A stretch of DNA of 64,000 nt from Zhengella sp. (GCA_041738295.1 JBGSQC010000157.1:265-64264); one strand, 5' to 3'; shown: positions 50,976 to 61,477, counted from the first letter of the stretch. Numbers and translations are program-made. Notes: generated by a model not told the origin, from the sequence alone.

Positions 50976-52263
50976 GAGCAGCCCGGCCCTGCCCGAGACC
51001 GGCCTGCCCCATGCTCCGGTGATGAGCGAGCGGAAGGTGTCGCTGCTCGGCGCGCTTTTCGTGGTCATCGGGCCGATGTCGATGGCGCTCTACACCCCTG
51101 CCATGCCGGAAATCGTGAAGGCTTTTGCGACCACCGAATCGACCGTCAAGCTGACGCTTGCGCTCTATTTTGCCGGTTTTGCCTTTGCGCAGTTGCTGGC
51201 CGGCCCGCTCTCGGATGCGCTCGGCCGCAAGCCGGTGCTTGCCGGATTCATGGCCATCTATTTCGCCGGAAGCCTCTATGCACTGTCTGCGCCCTCGATC
51301 GATCATCTTCTGGCCGCGCGGTTTGCCCAGGGTGTGGGCGCTTCGGCCGGCGTTGCAGTGTCGCGCGCCATTGTGCGCGATCTCTTTGCCCATGAGCAAT
51401 CAGCCCGCATCATGAACATGATCGGCATCATGCTGGCGCTCGGACCGGCTGTTGCGCCGACCATCGGCGGCTTCACCATGGTTCATGCCGGATGGCAGGC
51501 GATCTTCCTGGTGATGGCGGTGCTGGGCCTGATCGTGATGGCCGCAGCTCTCTTCGTGCTCAAGGAGACGGCTCCCAAGCCGCGGCAGAAGCTGGTGCCA
51601 TCGGTGCTGTTTGCCACCTATGGCCGGCTGCTCGGCGATCTGCACTTCATGACGACGGCCCTCGTCATCGCCTGTACGACGGGCGCGCTTTATGCGCAGG
51701 CAACCTTCCTGCCGTTCATCCTGATGAGCCGCGTCGGCCTGTCGCCTGCCGAGTTCGGCCTTTCGATGATTGCCCAGTCCGGGACCTTTCTCGTTGGCGC
51801 CTTGATGGTCCGTTCACTGATGCACACCGTGAAGGCCGCAAGACTGGTCGTTCCCGGACTTGTGCTGATCGCGCTCGGCTCAATGGGGCTTCTTGCCCTT
51901 CCGCTGACCGGCCCGTCCTTCCTGCACGTGATGGGTCCTGTGGCGCTGTTTGCCGGCGGCATTGCCTTTGTCATGCCGCACATGACGGTGGCCTGCCTTG
52001 CGCCGCATGGGCGCATTGCCGGGGCAGCTTCCGCGATGATGGGTTTCCTGCAGATGGGGCTTGGCCTCGCGGTCGGTGCCATCGGAGCTGCCATGGGTGA
52101 TCCGGTCCAATCGATCAGCATCCTGATCCCGGCCATGGGCGCGGCATCGATCCTGTTCTACGCAGTCTACCGGCTGCGCTACGCAGCGTCGGCGCAGGCC
52201 GATCCGCGTGGCGATGTCATTGCGTCCATCCCGCCGGGCCGGACACTGAGCAAGGACAGCTGA
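50962..52263 (+). CDS. Bcr/CflA-family MFS efflux transporter
   Basis: LYTPAMP, GPLSDALGRKPV motif A, RAIVRDLF, APTIGG. Confidence 0.92.
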   Translation: MASVESSPALPETGLPHAPVMSERKVSLLGALFVVIGPMSMALYTPAMPEIVKAFATTESTVKLTLALYFAGFAFAQLLAGPLSDALGRKPVLAGFMAIYFAGSLYALSAPSIDHLLAARFAQGVGASAGVAVSRAIVRDLFAHEQSARIMNMIGIMLALGPAVAPTIGGFTMVHAGWQAIFLVMAVLGLIVMAAALFVLKETAPKPRQKLVPSVLFATYGRLLGDLHFMTTALVIACTTGALYAQATFLPFILMSRVGLSPAEFGLSMIAQSGTFLVGALMVRSLMHTVKAARLVVPGLVLIALGSMGLLALPLTGPSFLHVMGPVALFAGGIAFVMPHMTVACLAPHGRIAGAASAMMGFLQMGLGLAVGAIGAAMGDPVQSISILIPAMGAASILFYAVYRLRYAASAQADPRGDVIASIPPGRTLSKDS

Positions 52264-52272
52264 GTCCCGGCT

Positions 52273-53643
52273 CTAGTGCGGAACCAGCTGCGCCCGGCGT
52301 TCCACGATGGTGTCGCGCACCGAGCCCCAGAGAAGCGAGAAGGACTGGAAGCCTTCTTCCGTCACCTCGTCGGTGTCGAGCGCGATGACCACGGCTTCCA
52401 GGATGGTGTCCAGTTCTGCGCGCAAGCCTGCCAATTCCTCGCTTGTGGAGGCTTGGCGTGCGGCAGCGCTCAGGTCCAGAAGGCGATAATTGTAGACGTC
52501 GGCCCGGTTCTTCTGCCGGGAGTTCATCCGGCGCCGAAGCCCTACAAGCGTGGAAACCAGCATGGCGAACACGGTCAGACCGAGCGCCAGCGGCTCGGCG
52601 TTTTCCTGCAGGAATGACGGATCATCCCGGTTGAAATAGGCCTCGGCTCCTTCATGGAGCGGCACGCTCAAGCCGCGCGCCTCGTCCGGCTTGCGGATGG
52701 CGGAGGCAAGCGAAAAGCGGATGGTCAGGTCGAGCCGGTGTTCAAACAGGATCGCTGTCAGTTCGCGGATGGCTTCAGCCGGAACATCGGTGCGGCTGAC
52801 CAGGATGCGCTGGACGGCCGCCGTCTGCGTGGTACCGCCCGGCACCGGCAAGGCACCGGTGAAGGCACCGACCGGCATGGTGGCCGGTTCAAGGAACGGC
52901 CGCTTCAGGGCGATGGCGGCTGCCTGCTCCACCGGGATGTAGCGAAGCCGGATGTTTTTCAGCTGCGCATCCTCGAACATGCGCAGCAAGGTCTGGTCGC
53001 GCAGTGAGCGGACGGTGAACAGCGCATCGTAGCGGCCTGACAGCAGTCCTGACACGGCAGCGGGAAAGGGAACGGCATGCCAGTTGGCGGTGGTCACGGG
53101 CAGGTCGTAATGGTCGCCCAGAACCCAGAACGACCGGAAAGCATCCGTGCCGAATTCCGGGATTGCAATGGTCATGCGCGCCAGATCGCCAACGGTGCGG
53201 GCGGAAGCCTCTTCGCGCACCACGATCTGGAAATAGTCGGGAAAGAGTTCCGACACCATGCGCACATCCGAGATAACCGGCGTGTCGGCGCGGATGGTGG
53301 CGAGGTCGATTTTGCCGGAATTGAGAAGCGAAATGTTTTCCGACGGGTCTCGCGTTGCCCGCACTGCCAGGCGCAGCGTCTTGGAATGGCGCTGAACCAC
53401 ATCTGCGGTGTGGCGCATCAGGTCGTAGCTGTCGGAGCCATAGGGACCGCTGCCGACATCCAGCACGATCACTTCAGGCTCGCGCGCCATCCAGTACCAT
53501 GTGCCTGCTGCAAAGACCGCCAGCGCAACCAAAGCGGAAAGCAGGAAGGGCAGCAGCAGGCGGGTTGTGCCTGCCGACCGCCGGTTCGCCCTGAATTGAT
53601 GGGCGACGGGGCGGGACGTGGGAGAAGCCTTGCGGTTTTCCAC
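52273..53643 (-). CDS. TAXI-family solute-binding protein with C-terminal TM helix and tail
   Basis: ENISLLNSGKIDLA, PLHEGAEAYF TAXI motifs; hydrophobic helices at both ends. Confidence 0.82.
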   Translation of the reverse strand: MENRKASPTSRPVAHQFRANRRSAGTTRLLLPFLLSALVALAVFAAGTWYWMAREPEVIVLDVGSGPYGSDSYDLMRHTADVVQRHSKTLRLAVRATRDPSENISLLNSGKIDLATIRADTPVISDVRMVSELFPDYFQIVVREEASARTVGDLARMTIAIPEFGTDAFRSFWVLGDHYDLPVTTANWHAVPFPAAVSGLLSGRYDALFTVRSLRDQTLLRMFEDAQLKNIRLRYIPVEQAAAIALKRPFLEPATMPVGAFTGALPVPGGTTQTAAVQRILVSRTDVPAEAIRELTAILFEHRLDLTIRFSLASAIRKPDEARGLSVPLHEGAEAYFNRDDPSFLQENAEPLALGLTVFAMLVSTLVGLRRRMNSRQKNRADVYNYRLLDLSAAARQASTSEELAGLRAELDTILEAVVIALDTDEVTEEGFQSFSLLWGSVRDTIVERRAQLVPH

Positions 53644-53664
53644 GATGCCGCCCCTCGCTTTGCG

Positions 53665-54888
53665 TCAGCTCTTGCGCTTGCGCGCAGCCAGCGTGCGAAG
53701 GCGCAGCGCATTGAGCTTGATGAAGCCCGCAGCGTCCTTCTGGTCATAGGCGCCGTGATCATCCTCGAAGGTGACGAGCGCATCGCTGTAAAGCGACTTC
53801 GGCGACTTGCGCCCGGTGACCATGACATTGCCCTTGTAGAGCTTCAGGCGAACTGTGCCTTCGACATCTTCGGAGGCCTTGTCGATCATCGCCTGCAGCA
53901 TTTCGCGCTCCGGCGAGAACCAGAAACCATTGTAGATGAGTTCGGCATAGCGCGGCATGAACTCGTCCTTGAGGTGGGCCGCACCGCGATCCAGCGTGAT
54001 CGATTCAATGGCGCGGTGGGCTGCCAAAAGGATCGTGCCGCCCGGCGTCTCGTACACGCCGCGCGACTTCATGCCGACGAAGCGGTTTTCCACGAGATCA
54101 ATGCGGCCGATGCCGTTGTCGCGGGCGAGCGCATTGAGTTCAGTCAGAATGGTGGCCGGGCTCATCGCCTTGCCATTCAGCGCCACGGCATCGCCACGCT
54201 TGAAATCGACGGTGATCTCGGTCGCCACATCGGGCGCGTCCATCGGCGAAATGGTGCGCATGTGGACGAACTCCGGCGCTTCGACCCAGGGATCTTCCAG
54301 CACCTTGCCCTCCGACGACGAGTGCAGCAGGTTGGCATCGACCGAGAAGGGTGCGTCGCCGTGCTTGTCCTTCGGGACCGGGATCTGGTGGGCTTCGGCA
54401 AAATTGATCAGGTCGGTGCGCGACTTGAAGGTCCAGTCACGCCAAGGCGCGATCACCTTGATGTCGGGGTTCAGCGCATAGGCGGAAAGCTCAAAGCGCA
54501 CTTGGTCATTGCCCTTGCCGGTGGCCCCATGGGCGATGGCGTCTGCGCCGACTTCCCTGGCGATTTCCACCAGACGCTTGGAGATCAGCGGACGGGCGAT
54601 CGACGTGCCGAGAAGGTAATTGCCTTCGTAGACGGTATTGGCACGGAACATCGGGAAGACGAAATCGCGCACGAATTCCTCGCGCAGATCTTCGATGTAG
54701 ATGTCCTTGATGCCCATCATCTCGGCCTTGCGGCGTGCCGGCTCCAACTCTTCACCCTGACCGAGGTCGGCGGTGAAGGTCACGACTTCCGCGCCGAGTT
54801 CGGTCTGGAGCCATTTGAGGATGATCGAGGTGTCCAATCCGCCCGAATAGGCCAGGACAACTTTCTTGACGTCTTTCCACTTTTCCAT
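53665..54888 (-). CDS. argG: Argininosuccinate synthase
   Basis: [37 protein letters not shown]. Confidence 0.97.
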   Translation of the reverse strand: MEKWKDVKKVVLAYSGGLDTSIILKWLQTELGAEVVTFTADLGQGEELEPARRKAEMMGIKDIYIEDLREEFVRDFVFPMFRANTVYEGNYLLGTSIARPLISKRLVEIAREVGADAIAHGATGKGNDQVRFELSAYALNPDIKVIAPWRDWTFKSRTDLINFAEAHQIPVPKDKHGDAPFSVDANLLHSSSEGKVLEDPWVEAPEFVHMRTISPMDAPDVATEITVDFKRGDAVALNGKAMSPATILTELNALARDNGIGRIDLVENRFVGMKSRGVYETPGGTILLAAHRAIESITLDRGAAHLKDEFMPRYAELIYNGFWFSPEREMLQAMIDKASEDVEGTVRLKLYKGNVMVTGRKSPKSLYSDALVTFEDDHGAYDQKDAAGFIKLNALRLRTLAARKRKS

Positions 54889-55146
54889 GTGCAACAACTT
54901 CTTTTCCGTGCATGCGCCTTGCGGCATCCACCGGCCTTTTAGCGGAGAAAAAGCGCAAGCGTAAGGGCTTTGGGCAAGGGTTTACTTTTGGTTAACCCTG
55001 TTGGGGGAGGCTGAGCGTCAAGAGCCATCAACGGATCGGACTGCGCACGGCGATTCGTGATCCCGCTGCCTGATTTCGGGCAAGATGCTGCTCCAGACAG
55101 ACGAGGTGCCGGGGGCGGCGCCACCATAGCGGTGACGGAGACCAAG

Positions 55147-55374
55147 ATGAGCGACTATCCTGACAATCTCAGATTTGACACCGAGAAGGGCATTGCCGAG
55201 GCGCTGCTGTTCCTGATGAGCCGCGGCGTCGGCGAGGACAATCTGGTGGAGACGCTGGTGCAGTGCGGGCCGGTCGATCTCGACGTGCTGGCCAAGGTGA
55301 TGCGCGCCTTTTCGACAGAGAACGACGGGCTGGATGGCAACGAAGCCCAAGAAGGTCATGCCAACGCGGCCTGA
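55147..55374 (+). CDS. Small acidic hypothetical protein (75 aa)
   Basis: GGAG RBS, genome-typical codon usage, ends ANAA. Confidence 0.7.
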   Translation: MSDYPDNLRFDTEKGIAEALLFLMSRGVGEDNLVETLVQCGPVDLDVLAKVMRAFSTENDGLDGNEAQEGHANAA

Positions 55375-55446
55375 CTCATTGCGAACTTGATTGCGGCATG
55401 AATTCCGCTATCCGTGATGTCCTCTTTCCTGCTGGTGCGGTGACAC

Positions 55447-56088
55447 ATGGATCTCCTCCCGGAAACCCCGGTTCTCATATCCTTTGCGATTGCCTGCGTG
55501 GTGCTGGCCATCACGCCCGGGCCGGACATGTCGCTGTTCCTGTCACGGGCCATTTCGCAAGGACGTGCGGCCGGTTTGGCAGCGATGGCTGGTTCGCTGA
55601 CCGGAGTTGTCGTCCATACCGCGATGGTGGCTGTCGGCCTGTCAGCTCTGATCGTGGCGGCTCCGGCTGCGTTCAACCTCCTCAAGATTGTTGGTGCAGG
55701 CTATCTGGCATGGCTTGCCTATGATGCCATCCGCAACGGCTCGTCGCTCAACCTGAAGCCCGGCAAGGGCAAGGCGCAATCGCTGAAGGCCAATTACCTG
55801 ACCGGGATTGGCATCAACCTGCTCAATCCGAAGATCATCCTGTTCTTCATGACCTTCCTGCCGCAATTCGTTTCGGCGACCGACCCGCACGCAACAGCGA
55901 AGTTCTTTATCCTCGGGCTGATGTTCAACGTGATCTCGCTGCCCATCGTCATCCCGATGATCCTTGCAGCCCATTCGATGGCCGAGACGCTGAAGCGCAA
56001 TCCGCGCGTCACGCGCACCATTGACTGGATCTTTGCCGGCGTGTTCTCCGCCTTCGCGGTCAGGATCCTGATGATTCAGGGCCGTTGA
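55447..56088 (+). CDS. LysE/RhtB-family translocator
   Basis: AITPGPD, GAGYLAWL, NLLNPKIILFF...LPQF. Confidence 0.92.
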   Translation: MDLLPETPVLISFAIACVVLAITPGPDMSLFLSRAISQGRAAGLAAMAGSLTGVVVHTAMVAVGLSALIVAAPAAFNLLKIVGAGYLAWLAYDAIRNGSSLNLKPGKGKAQSLKANYLTGIGINLLNPKIILFFMTFLPQFVSATDPHATAKFFILGLMFNVISLPIVIPMILAAHSMAETLKRNPRVTRTIDWIFAGVFSAFAVRILMIQGR

Positions 56089-56524
56089 CGATCCGCGCGA
56101 AGGTTTTTCCGGCGTTGCGCCCGGCCAGCAGCCAGTAGACGAAGCCCGCGACCGCACCTGCTGCCACCGACACGATCACCGGGCGGTCGAGGGCAGTGAT
56201 AGCGGCACCATCGCGCAGCCAGATGGCTGCCAGCCCGAGCAGTGCCCCTGCCGCCAGATGAACCACGAAGCCGCGCAGGGAAAAATACTCGCTGGCAAAC
56301 ATGGCACCCAGGAAAGGCATGAAGGCCAGCGATCCGGCAGTCGCCGTCACCACGCCGGCCAGCGGAAGGATGGTCAGCCAATCTTCCGGCGGCGAGGCTG
56401 GCGCGCGTGGTTCCAGCGCGCCTGCCAAAGCCAGCGTGAAGAACAGCCCACCGGCAATCAGGGCGGCCAGATAGGCAATGAAGATGATGGTCAGCCGGCC
56501 GAGCAGGGCGAAGATGTTGGACAT
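56060..56524 (-). CDS. Hypothetical membrane protein
   Basis: About four TM helices; AGFVYWLLAGRNAG C-terminal motif; downstream of rlmN. Confidence 0.75.
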   Translation of the reverse strand: MSNIFALLGRLTIIFIAYLAALIAGGLFFTLALAGALEPRAPASPPEDWLTILPLAGVVTATAGSLAFMPFLGAMFASEYFSLRGFVVHLAAGALLGLAAIWLRDGAAITALDRPVIVSVAAGAVAGFVYWLLAGRNAGKTFARIVNGPESSGS

Positions 56525-56550
56525 GGCGGGTTCGTCAGGCGGTGGTACGC

Positions 56551-57780
56551 CTACTCCCCGTGCCCGGCGATCATCATGGCTTCGAGCGCCAGACGGTCGG
56601 TTTTCTTCATGCGTTCGCTTTCACTCTTCAGCTGGCCGCAAGCCGCCAGGATGTCGCGCCCGCGTGGGGTGCGGATCGGCGAGGCATAGCCATTGGCATT
56701 GATGAAGTCGGCAAACTTCTCGATCTGCTCCCAGTCCGAGCATTCATAATCGGTGCCGGGCCAGGGATTGAAGGGGATGAGGTTGATCTTGGCCGGAATG
56801 CCCTTGAGCAATTGCACCAGCCGCTTGGCATCCTCGAAGCCGTCGTTGACGCCTTTCAGCATGACATACTCAAAGGTGATGCGGCGAGCGTTCGACAGGC
56901 CCGGATAGTCGCGGCAGGCCTGCAGCAGCTCCTTGAGCGGATATTTGCGGTTGACCGGCACCAGCACGTCGCGCAACTCGTCGGTGGTGGCATGCAGGGA
57001 AATCGCCAGCATCACGCCGATCTCATCGCCGGTGCGGTAGATTTCCGGCACGACACCGGAGGTCGAGAGCGTGATGCGGCGCTTGGACAGCGACAGGCCG
57101 TCGCCGTCGGAGGCGATCAGCAAGGCCTTCTTCACTTCCTCGAAATTGTAGAGCGGCTCGCCCATGCCCATCATCACGACATTGGTGATCTTGCGGTCGG
57201 ACGAAGGCAGGATGGCGCCGGCAGGCACATCGGCACCGGGGAAATCGCCAAGGCGGTCGCGGGCGATCAGCAATTGGGCAAGGATCTCGCCGGAGGTGAG
57301 GTTGCGCACCAGCTTCTGCGTTCCGGTATGGCAAAAGGAGCAGTTGAGAGTGCAGCCGACCTGGCTCGATATGCACAGCGTGCCGCGGCCTTCCTCGGGA
57401 ATGTAGACTGTCTCCACCTCGACCGGCTTTCCGGCACCGCGCGAGGGGAAACGGAACAGCCATTTGCGGGTGCCGTCGGCCGAAATCTGCTCTTCGACAA
57501 TCTCGGGCCGCGCAATGTCGAAATGCTCCGCCAGCGAGGCGCGCAGATCCTTTGAGATGTTGAACATCAGCGAAAAATCCGAGACGCCGCGCACATAGAG
57601 CCAATGCCAGAGCTGGCTGACGCGCATCTTCACCTGGCGTGCCGGAATGCCTGCAGCTTCTAGGGCTGCCGCCATCTCGTCGCGGGTCAGGCCGACAAGT
57701 TCTGTCTTTGCCGGTGCGCGGGCACCGGGCGAAAGCGCATCGCGGGCGGCATTGGTCGTCAGGTCAAGCGTCAGGGCCAT
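56551..57780 (-). CDS. rlmN: 23S rRNA m2A2503/tRNA radical-SAM methyltransferase
   Basis: [37 protein letters not shown]. Confidence 0.97.
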   Translation of the reverse strand: MALTLDLTTNAARDALSPGARAPAKTELVGLTRDEMAAALEAAGIPARQVKMRVSQLWHWLYVRGVSDFSLMFNISKDLRASLAEHFDIARPEIVEEQISADGTRKWLFRFPSRGAGKPVEVETVYIPEEGRGTLCISSQVGCTLNCSFCHTGTQKLVRNLTSGEILAQLLIARDRLGDFPGADVPAGAILPSSDRKITNVVMMGMGEPLYNFEEVKKALLIASDGDGLSLSKRRITLSTSGVVPEIYRTGDEIGVMLAISLHATTDELRDVLVPVNRKYPLKELLQACRDYPGLSNARRITFEYVMLKGVNDGFEDAKRLVQLLKGIPAKINLIPFNPWPGTDYECSDWEQIEKFADFINANGYASPIRTPRGRDILAACGQLKSESERMKKTDRLALEAMMIAGHGE

Positions 57781-57922
57781 GGATGTTCCGGGTTGTTCAG
57801 CGGCGCTGCCGGGCCTTGCCTCGTGCTTGCGCTAGATCTCTCGTCTGGGCGGCTCATAGCACAGGCCCGGCCATGTTGCCAGATTTGTCATGGCCAAGAC
57901 CGGCAGCCCTACGCAGCAATGG

Positions 57923-57948
57923 AAAAGGCCGGGCTCATGCCCCGGCCT
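57923..57948 (-). terminator. Intrinsic terminator after the IalB-like gene
   Basis: Minus strand aggccgggg-catga-gcccggcc-tttt. Confidence 0.65.
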
Positions 57949-57975
57949 CATGCCAATCTTCAAAGGGTCAAGACC

Positions 57976-58482
57976 TTACTTGCAAACCGCAATCGACTTC
58001 AGCGCGGCCGAGATGCCGGACAGCGAGAAGGAATAGGATGTCGGATTACCCCGGCCCGAGGTGGCGGCGACCTGCATGCTGGAACCGCCACGCATGGCAT
58101 TCAGCAATTGCGGCTCCTCGGCGGCATTTTCCAGCCAGCCGAACTTGCCGCGCACGAACATGGAGAAGGCCTTGTCCCCGATGGTGACCTTCACCTTGGA
58201 GTTTTCCTGCATGGTGTAGGAGGTGATGAACTGCGGCTCGAAGCTGACGTTCTGGCCGGGCTTCATCGAGACGAAGAAATAGATGTTGCCGTGATCCAGC
58301 GTGGAAGGCTCCATCTTCTCGGGAACCGAGGCGACGTAGCAGACCTTTCCCTGCTGGGTGTCATAGGCGTAGGTGCCCCAGGCCGAGTGCTGGCTGAGCT
58401 TCACCGGGCTCTGGGCCAAAGCCGGTCCGGCCAGGAAGCCAGCCAGTACGATGCCTGCCAGAAATGTCTTCAATCCACGCAT
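57976..58482 (-). CDS. Invasion-associated locus B (IalB)-family exported protein
   Basis: Signal peptide; W...KVCYV, SGRG...YSFSLSGISAA...C. Confidence 0.82.
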   Translation of the reverse strand: MRGLKTFLAGIVLAGFLAGPALAQSPVKLSQHSAWGTYAYDTQQGKVCYVASVPEKMEPSTLDHGNIYFFVSMKPGQNVSFEPQFITSYTMQENSKVKVTIGDKAFSMFVRGKFGWLENAAEEPQLLNAMRGGSSMQVAATSGRGNPTSYSFSLSGISAALKSIAVCK

Positions 58483-58745
58483 TGTTTTGCCAATCATTCG
58501 TTCCGGTGTGATGCGTATGCAACAAGGTCGCGGCGTTTCGCTACAATTTGAAGCATTCGAGGTTACCAAACCGTAAAACGTCCCTTGCCTCCAGGTCAAA
58601 TGCCGCACGATAGAGACAAGCGAAATTGACCGGATGAGCGGAAAAACACCACGAAAAAGGCGAGAGTTTGACTGTGTAACAGTTCGTGATCGCTGACAGC
58701 CGCCTATCCCGTGAATGACCGCAAGGAGTGATGGGCAAGGATTGC

Positions 58746-59135
58746 CTATTTGCCCTCGGACTGCTGACCTTCGTCTTCCAGCGCGCGCTTTGCCGCAGCC
58801 CGATGGGCGGGCGTGATTGATGCGCGAACTGTGGCGATGGTCGCTGCGAGGACGGCCATGTCGTCGGAAAAGCCGACCAGCGCCAGCAGGTCAGGCACCA
58901 GATCGAACGGCATAACGAAATAGGCCAGTGCGCCAAGCAGGGTTGCTCGGACGCGAAACGGCGTCCGAGGGTCAAGCGCGGCAAAATAGGCCGCCGCAAT
59001 CTCGTCCATGTAGGGAATCTGCCGGGCAGAGCGGCGCACGGTTCTCCAGAAGTTGGCGCGAACCTGCTGTTCTTGCGAATCCGCCTTCTCGGCAGTTTGC
59101 GGCTCAAGGATTTCGGCTATGGCTTCCTTGTTCAT
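58746..59135 (-). CDS. YkvA/DUF1232-family membrane protein
   Basis: ALAYFVMPFDLVPD...GFSDD motif. Confidence 0.88.
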   Translation of the reverse strand: MNKEAIAEILEPQTAEKADSQEQQVRANFWRTVRRSARQIPYMDEIAAAYFAALDPRTPFRVRATLLGALAYFVMPFDLVPDLLALVGFSDDMAVLAATIATVRASITPAHRAAAKRALEDEGQQSEGK

Positions 59136-59208
59136 GCGATCCTCCGGACCATTGGCACAAACAGGATATGGGGTGGCGGCCTGCCATGCTCAAGACCACA
59201 AGGCCGGT

Positions 59209-59532
59209 TCAGGAATTCATGGGTGCAGCAATGCGGTATCGGCCGGCGATTTCGTCCATCCGGCCGGCCAGAGCGAAATCCAGCCGGGTCAGGCCGCCGG
59301 CGGAATGGGTGGACAGGGTAACATCCACAGTACGCCAGACATTGAACCACTCGGGATGGTGGTCCAGTTTCTCGGCGGCAAGCGCAACCTGCGTCATGAA
59401 GGAGAAAGCTTCGGCAAAATCGGCAAAAAGAAAGGTCCTGTGGATGGCGTTGCCGTCATTGATGACTTCCCAATTCTCAAACCTGCCGAGCGAAGTTTCG
59501 ATTTCCGAAGTTGTCAGGCGGGGATTGGTCAA
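59209..59532 (-). CDS. phhB: Pterin-4-alpha-carbinolamine dehydratase
   Basis: AEKLDHHPEWFNV, THSAGGLT-LDF-LA. Confidence 0.9.
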   Translation of the reverse strand: MTNPRLTTSEIETSLGRFENWEVINDGNAIHRTFLFADFAEAFSFMTQVALAAEKLDHHPEWFNVWRTVDVTLSTHSAGGLTRLDFALAGRMDEIAGRYRIAAPMNS

Positions 59533-59620
59533 CGGGGCGGCTCCTTATTTGTAAATGAAACAGCTAGCGTAGAAGGATGGCCAGACAAGGACATGGCCCT
59601 GCCGGAAGGATCAAAGTTTG

Positions 59621-60106
59621 GTGAGCGAAGGAGAAGCTGGTGTGACCGCCGTCCTTTTTGTTTGTCTTGGCAATATTTGCCGCTCTCCGTTGGCTGAGGG
59701 AGTGTTCCGCGCGACAGTGGCGAGGCGCGGGCTTTCCCGGTCCTTTCACATCGATTCTGCCGGAACGGGATCCTGGCATGCCGGCTCGCCACCCGATCCG
59801 CGTTCTGTGGCAGTGGCTGCCGCAAACGGTATCGACATATCGGCGCAGCGGGCACGCCAGGTTAACCTTGCGGATTTTTCCAGGTTTGACCTGATCCTTG
59901 CGATGGATCGCCCGGTTCTGGCCCGACTGAAAAGCATTGCTCCGCCGGATGCCAGGGCGGGTGTCCATCTGTTCATGGATCATGCCTGCGGCGAAAAATC
60001 GGATGTCCCCGATCCTTATTATGGGGGAGAGGGCGGGTTCGAGGATGTTTACCGGATGATCCGCGATGCGTCGGCGTCCTTGCTGGCGCGGCTCGCCGCA
60101 TCGTGA
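59621..60106 (+). CDS. Low-molecular-weight protein-tyrosine phosphatase
   Basis: VCLGNICRSP, DSAGT, DPYYG. Start uncertain. Confidence 0.92.
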   Translation: MSEGEAGVTAVLFVCLGNICRSPLAEGVFRATVARRGLSRSFHIDSAGTGSWHAGSPPDPRSVAVAAANGIDISAQRARQVNLADFSRFDLILAMDRPVLARLKSIAPPDARAGVHLFMDHACGEKSDVPDPYYGGEGGFEDVYRMIRDASASLLARLAAS

Positions 60107-60651
60107 GACTGGCGCCGGACTTCCAGCGGCCAGGCTTCCTCCACCACATAGGGTCCGCCGCCGGTTGAATCGCGCGAGGACATCAGCACGAACCGACCGA
60201 TACGGAAGGGCAACGTGGAAAAATTGCCCCGCGCCGAGAGATAATGCGCGACATCCTCAGGTCGGCTGTTGCGCAGTCGCGCCAAAGTGACATGAGGCTG
60301 GAAGCGGCGCGCATCCGCAGGCAAGCCGAGGCGCTGGCAGCGGCGCTCGATCTCGCCCTGCAAGGCAGTGAGATCCGCTGATGGCTGGACCAGGGCGTGA
60401 ATGGAATGCGGCTTCTTCGATCCGAAGGCACCCACTCCCGCCAGCCTGAGCTGGAAGGACGGCCGGTTGATCCGGTCCAGCTCGGTGACGATGGCGTCGG
60501 CGACATGATGCTCGACATCGCCGAAGAACCGCAGCGTGATGTGGTAGTTCTCGACATCGATCCAGCGGGCACCGTGAAGGCCACCACGCAAAAGGGACAG
60601 CGACATGGCTGCTTCCCGCGGGATCTCGAGGGCGGTGAACAATCGCGGCAT
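60049..60651 (-). CDS. thpR: RNA 2',3'-cyclic phosphodiesterase (2H family)
   Basis: MPRLFTAL; two HxT motifs (HITL, HVTL). Confidence 0.92.
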   Translation of the reverse strand: MPRLFTALEIPREAAMSLSLLRGGLHGARWIDVENYHITLRFFGDVEHHVADAIVTELDRINRPSFQLRLAGVGAFGSKKPHSIHALVQPSADLTALQGEIERRCQRLGLPADARRFQPHVTLARLRNSRPEDVAHYLSARGNFSTLPFRIGRFVLMSSRDSTGGGPYVVEEAWPLEVRRQSHDAASRASKDADASRIIR

Positions 60652-60737
60652 GGCGCGCTCCCCGAATCGGTCAAGTCATGTCAGCGAACCATCCAAGCAG
60701 CGATGGGGCAAGCGGTTTCTGTTGGTCCGCCAGAATT

Positions 60738-60769
60738 GTTGCACTGCAACTAAAGTATGGTGCACTGCC
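60738..60769. promoter_or_regulatory. Tandem TGCACTGC motifs (candidate PhaR-type operator)
   Basis: Palindrome GTTGCACTGCAAC (60738-60750) and a second TGCACTGCC 21 bp downstream. Confidence 0.45.
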
Positions 60770-60844
60770 GCGTTTTCGTTGACTTCTGCAACCAAACGGG
60801 TGTATCCAGACAGTGGGAGGTGTCTCAGCGCAAGGATCAATGCC

Positions 60845-61471
60845 ATGACGCAGCACCTGACAAGTTCTCCGGCTTCCGCCAATTTCACCGGTTCCCCGTC
60901 CTTCCCGGACTCAATCGCCACCCCTGTGGTCATCCGCCAATTGTGGCCTGTCGAGGTCGAACGACTGGCACGGCATTACAAGCGCTTGCACCTGGAAGAC
61001 AGGTGGCGCCGCTTTGGTTCGTCGGTCAGTGACGATTGGCTCGATGCCCATGCGCTTGACGCGCTGGGATCAACCCACTGCATCGTCAAGGGTGCGTTTG
61101 TGAGCGGGGCCTTGCGCGGCGTCGCCGAAGCCTGGTTCTCCGGTCAAGGAGCCGAGATGCGGGCGGAAACCGCGTTTTCGCTTGAACGTGGTTTCCAGAA
61201 GCGCGGAATTGGAGACCAGTTGTTCAAGAGGGTCATCCGTGCGGCGCGCAACCGCGGAGCGACCCGCCTCCAGATGGTCTGCATGCGGGACAATCCCCGC
61301 ATGATCGCGCTGGCGCGCGCCAATGAAGCCGAACTTTCGGTGTCCCCTGACGGGATCACCGGAGAGATCAGGAGTGCCCGCCCGCCCCTTTTCGCTCTAG
61401 GGGCCGACTTCTTGGACGAAAGCCTTGGATACTGGCTGACATTGCCTCATTGGCACGCCAACGAAGGGTGA
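60845..61471 (+). CDS. GNAT acetyltransferase
   Basis: AETAFSL...FQKRGIG motif A; NPRMIALAR. Confidence 0.83.
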   Translation: MTQHLTSSPASANFTGSPSFPDSIATPVVIRQLWPVEVERLARHYKRLHLEDRWRRFGSSVSDDWLDAHALDALGSTHCIVKGAFVSGALRGVAEAWFSGQGAEMRAETAFSLERGFQKRGIGDQLFKRVIRAARNRGATRLQMVCMRDNPRMIALARANEAELSVSPDGITGEIRSARPPLFALGADFLDESLGYWLTLPHWHANEG

Positions 61472-61477
61472 TCCGGC

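Noticed and set aside
53077-54942. 621-aa plus-strand ORF
   Set aside because: Antisense shadow of argG and the TAXI gene.
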